From: an uncultured bacterium
GTDB lineage: Bacteria > UBP6 > UBA1177
Assembly (NCBI GenBank): GCA_905233945.1
Contig: CAJOFY010000020.1
Coordinates: forward strand, 11,320 to 75,319
Direction of reading: 5' to 3'
DNA: 64,000 bases
Below are positions 62,313 to 64,000 of this stretch, in pieces (positions within the stretch are counted from its first letter, which is position 1; each line of letters opens with the position of its first letter). The notes under the pieces were generated by a model. The model had not been told where the DNA came from and ran no database searches. It saw nothing but the letters and a program-made list of their open reading frames with translations. The translations under genes and the position numbers were made by a program.

Positions 62313-62596
62313 TGCCGAATACGGGAAATTATGTTTTCGCTTACGACATTTCGCTCACGAAAGAGCGGAACAAAGTTGATAAAGTTTTGAAGGAATACGG
62401 GTTTCGTATCCAGAAAAGTGTTTTTGAATGTGTTCTGACTGAAAATGACCGCGAAAAACTGCTGAACAGGCTGAATGAACTTGGGTTGAACAGCGGTTTC
62501 GTTAAGGTTTACAGGCAGGATTCCTATTTTAAGGCAAAAACTGTGGGACCTGCACCGGAAAAGCAGGATACCGGTTTTGCCTATTTCGCGGCTTAG
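62309..62596 (+). CDS. cas2: Cas2
   Basis: YVFAYDIS...RNKVDKVLKEYGFRIQKSVFEC Cas2 signature; ATGATG start overlapping cas1 stop. Confidence 0.8.
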   Translation: MMPNTGNYVFAYDISLTKERNKVDKVLKEYGFRIQKSVFECVLTENDREKLLNRLNELGLNSGFVKVYRQDSYFKAKTVGPAPEKQDTGFAYFAA

Positions 62597-62648
62597 CGCG
62601 CGAATGTTCGTTGACAATTGAGAAACAGATAAACTCTGCTATGACCTC

Positions 62649-62711
62649 ACCCCTTTTTCCCCTCGCAGACCTCACCCTAATCCCTCTCCATTGTGGCGAG
62701 GGAAAAGGGGT
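62649..62711 (+). promoter_or_regulatory. Long imperfect inverted repeat (ACCCCTTTTTCCCCTCGC ... GCGAGGGAAAAGGGGT) between cas2 and the CRISPR leader
   Basis: 16-18-nt arms separated by about 29 nt of C-rich sequence, 53 nt 3' of cas2 stop. Confidence 0.4.
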
Positions 62712-62958
62712 TCATAGGTAGCTAATTTTTGTGTTGCAGGAGCCTTAGATCAGGAAACGTTTTTATAACGAGGTTTGAACTAATATCTCGATTTTATTTG
62801 GTAATTTCTTAAATGGCGTTTTCTTTGAACTTCTTGATCTCAGTAAAAAAACAGCGGTCGCACGAAGTCACATTTTTGCGGCTGTTGAAAAATGAAAATA
62901 TGGGTAGCCAATTTTTTAATTGAAAACCTCAGTATTTTCTGCTATGTGAGCATGCTAC

Positions 62959-63750
62959 TGTAACGAGTAGCAGAGTAGCTACTCTGGTTGAAACTGTTAG
63001 TGCACTGAATTGTTTTGCCATTTTGTGTAACGAGTAGCAGAGTAGCTACTCTGGTTGAAACAGGTGTCTTTCTGTATCCCCAATCTCACGCTCAAGTAAC
63101 GAGTAGCAGAGTAGCTACTCTGGTTGAAACTGTGTTCATTCTAAGTCTCCAAAATAAAAGTTACTGTAACGAGTAGCAGAGTAGCTACTCTGGTTGAAAC
63201 ATTCACCCATGCCTTACTGTCTCGAATTACTTCAGTAACGAGTAGCAGAGTAGCTACTCTGGTTGAAACTATATCTTCTTTATCTTTTAAAAGATAAAAA
63301 AGGTAACGAGTAGCAGAGTAGCTACTCTGGTTGAAACTCTTTCTCTTCTTCTTTGTCTTCTTTTTCATCAGGTAACGAGTAGCAGAGTAGCTACTCTGGT
63401 TGAAACCTTCTACAAGGCAGAATACCAGAAAATGTCCAAGTAACGAGTAGCAGAGTAGCTACTCTGGTTGAAACCCGTTAAGAAAACGTTTCATAATTTA
63501 CACCTTCGTAACGAGTAGCAGAGTAGCTACTCTGGTTGAAACTAATACTACCTTTTTTCTTTTCTTCTGTTACTTGTAACGAGTAGCAGAGTAGCTACTC
63601 TGGTTGAAACCAGAGTTTCCGCAACATTCTGATGACCCGCTGTAGTAACGAGTAGCAGAGTAGCTACTCTGGTTGAAACATCGTACCAGGCTGATACCTC
63701 TCCGATAATGCCCCTGTAACGAGTAGCAGAGTAGCTACTCTGGTTGAAAC
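62959..63750 (+). CRISPR. CRISPR array 1: 12 copies of 35-nt repeat GTAACGAGTAGCAGAGTAGCTACTCTGGTTGAAAC, spacers 32-36 nt
   Basis: Identical repeats with 67-71 nt period; repeat has internal 7-bp hairpin (GAGTAGC..GCTACTC) and 3' GTTGAAAC handle; AT-rich leader 62716-62958 on cas side. Confidence 0.95.
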
Positions 63751-63789
63751 TAGTTCGTGTTGTTCTTGTTGTTGTTATTGTTGTTGACA

Positions 63790-64000
63790 GTTACATGAAG
63801 GCGGAACCTAGGCTCCGGTTGAAACTATGCTTCTTTATCATTCTTAATTTCAGTTATTTGTTACATGAAGGCGGAACCTAGGCTCCGGTTGAAACAGCCA
63901 GTCAGGTTTGATATCATCAGGCAGACTGCGTTACATGAAGGCGGAACCTAGGCTCCGGTTGAAACAAACAGTTGCCGTCGTAAGTCATATCACTGACAAG
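63790..64000 (+). CRISPR. CRISPR array 2 (truncated by window end): at least 3 copies of distinct 36-nt repeat GTTACATGAAGGCGGAACCTAGGCTCCGGTTGAAAC
   Basis: Three identical repeats with 70-nt period starting 39 nt after the last repeat of array 1; shares 5' GTWAC and 3' CYGGTTGAAAC with array-1 repeat. Confidence 0.85.

Noticed and set aside
63141-63368. 75-aa minus-strand ORF inside CRISPR array 1
   Set aside because: It is a repeat-derived artefact: the translation contains the repeated motif STRVATLLLVT generated by the CRISPR repeats.

Overview
This 64-kb window (roughly 48-50% GC by eye) appears to come from an anaerobic, lipoprotein-rich bacterium, probably Fibrobacter-like. The organism call rests on a tandem 'Fibrobacter succinogenes major paralogous' (FISUMP) lipoprotein, many Cys lipoprotein signals, acidic thrombospondin-3 (TSP3) repeats, and ferredoxin plus reverse rubrerythrin.

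Positions 1-48.3 kb are ordinary chromosome. They carry tex, a ferredoxin, rubrerythrin, pepT, rsgA, psd, gyrB-gyrA, a PcrA/UvrD-type helicase, tRNA-Pro(CGG), a frameshifted flavodoxin, hutH, and an S41 tail-specific protease. They also carry a six-gene translationally coupled operon of unknown membrane proteins, a 1752-aa metzincin-motif surface lipoprotein preceded by an outer-membrane (OM) beta-barrel gene, LolD/FtsX-like ABC genes, a GltD-like oxidoreductase, an OPT (oligopeptide transporter family) transporter and a 5'-nucleotidase.

From 48.5 kb to the window end, all on the + strand, lies a tightly coupled operon that ends in a type III (III-D-like but non-canonical) CRISPR-Cas module. 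It begins with four uncharacterised genes fused translationally to the cas genes. Next come an HD-less Cas10 with an intact GGDD cyclase motif, a minimal Csm3-like Cas7, a Cas5/Csm4-like protein carrying a perfect 81-bp tandem duplication, and a Cas7-Cas7 fusion. These are followed by a small unknown protein, a 778-aa Cas7-like repeat-associated mysterious protein (RAMP) with a helical tail, a Cas6-Cas1 fusion and Cas2. The locus ends with an AT-rich leader containing a long inverted repeat, a 12-repeat CRISPR array (35-nt repeat), and a directly abutting second array with a different 36-nt repeat that shares the 3' GGTTGAAAC handle.

The cas locus and its four upstream genes are the most likely novel system in this window. 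Every call was made by eye from the sequence and the ORF track, with no database searches, and manually counted coordinates of small features may be off by 1-2 nt.
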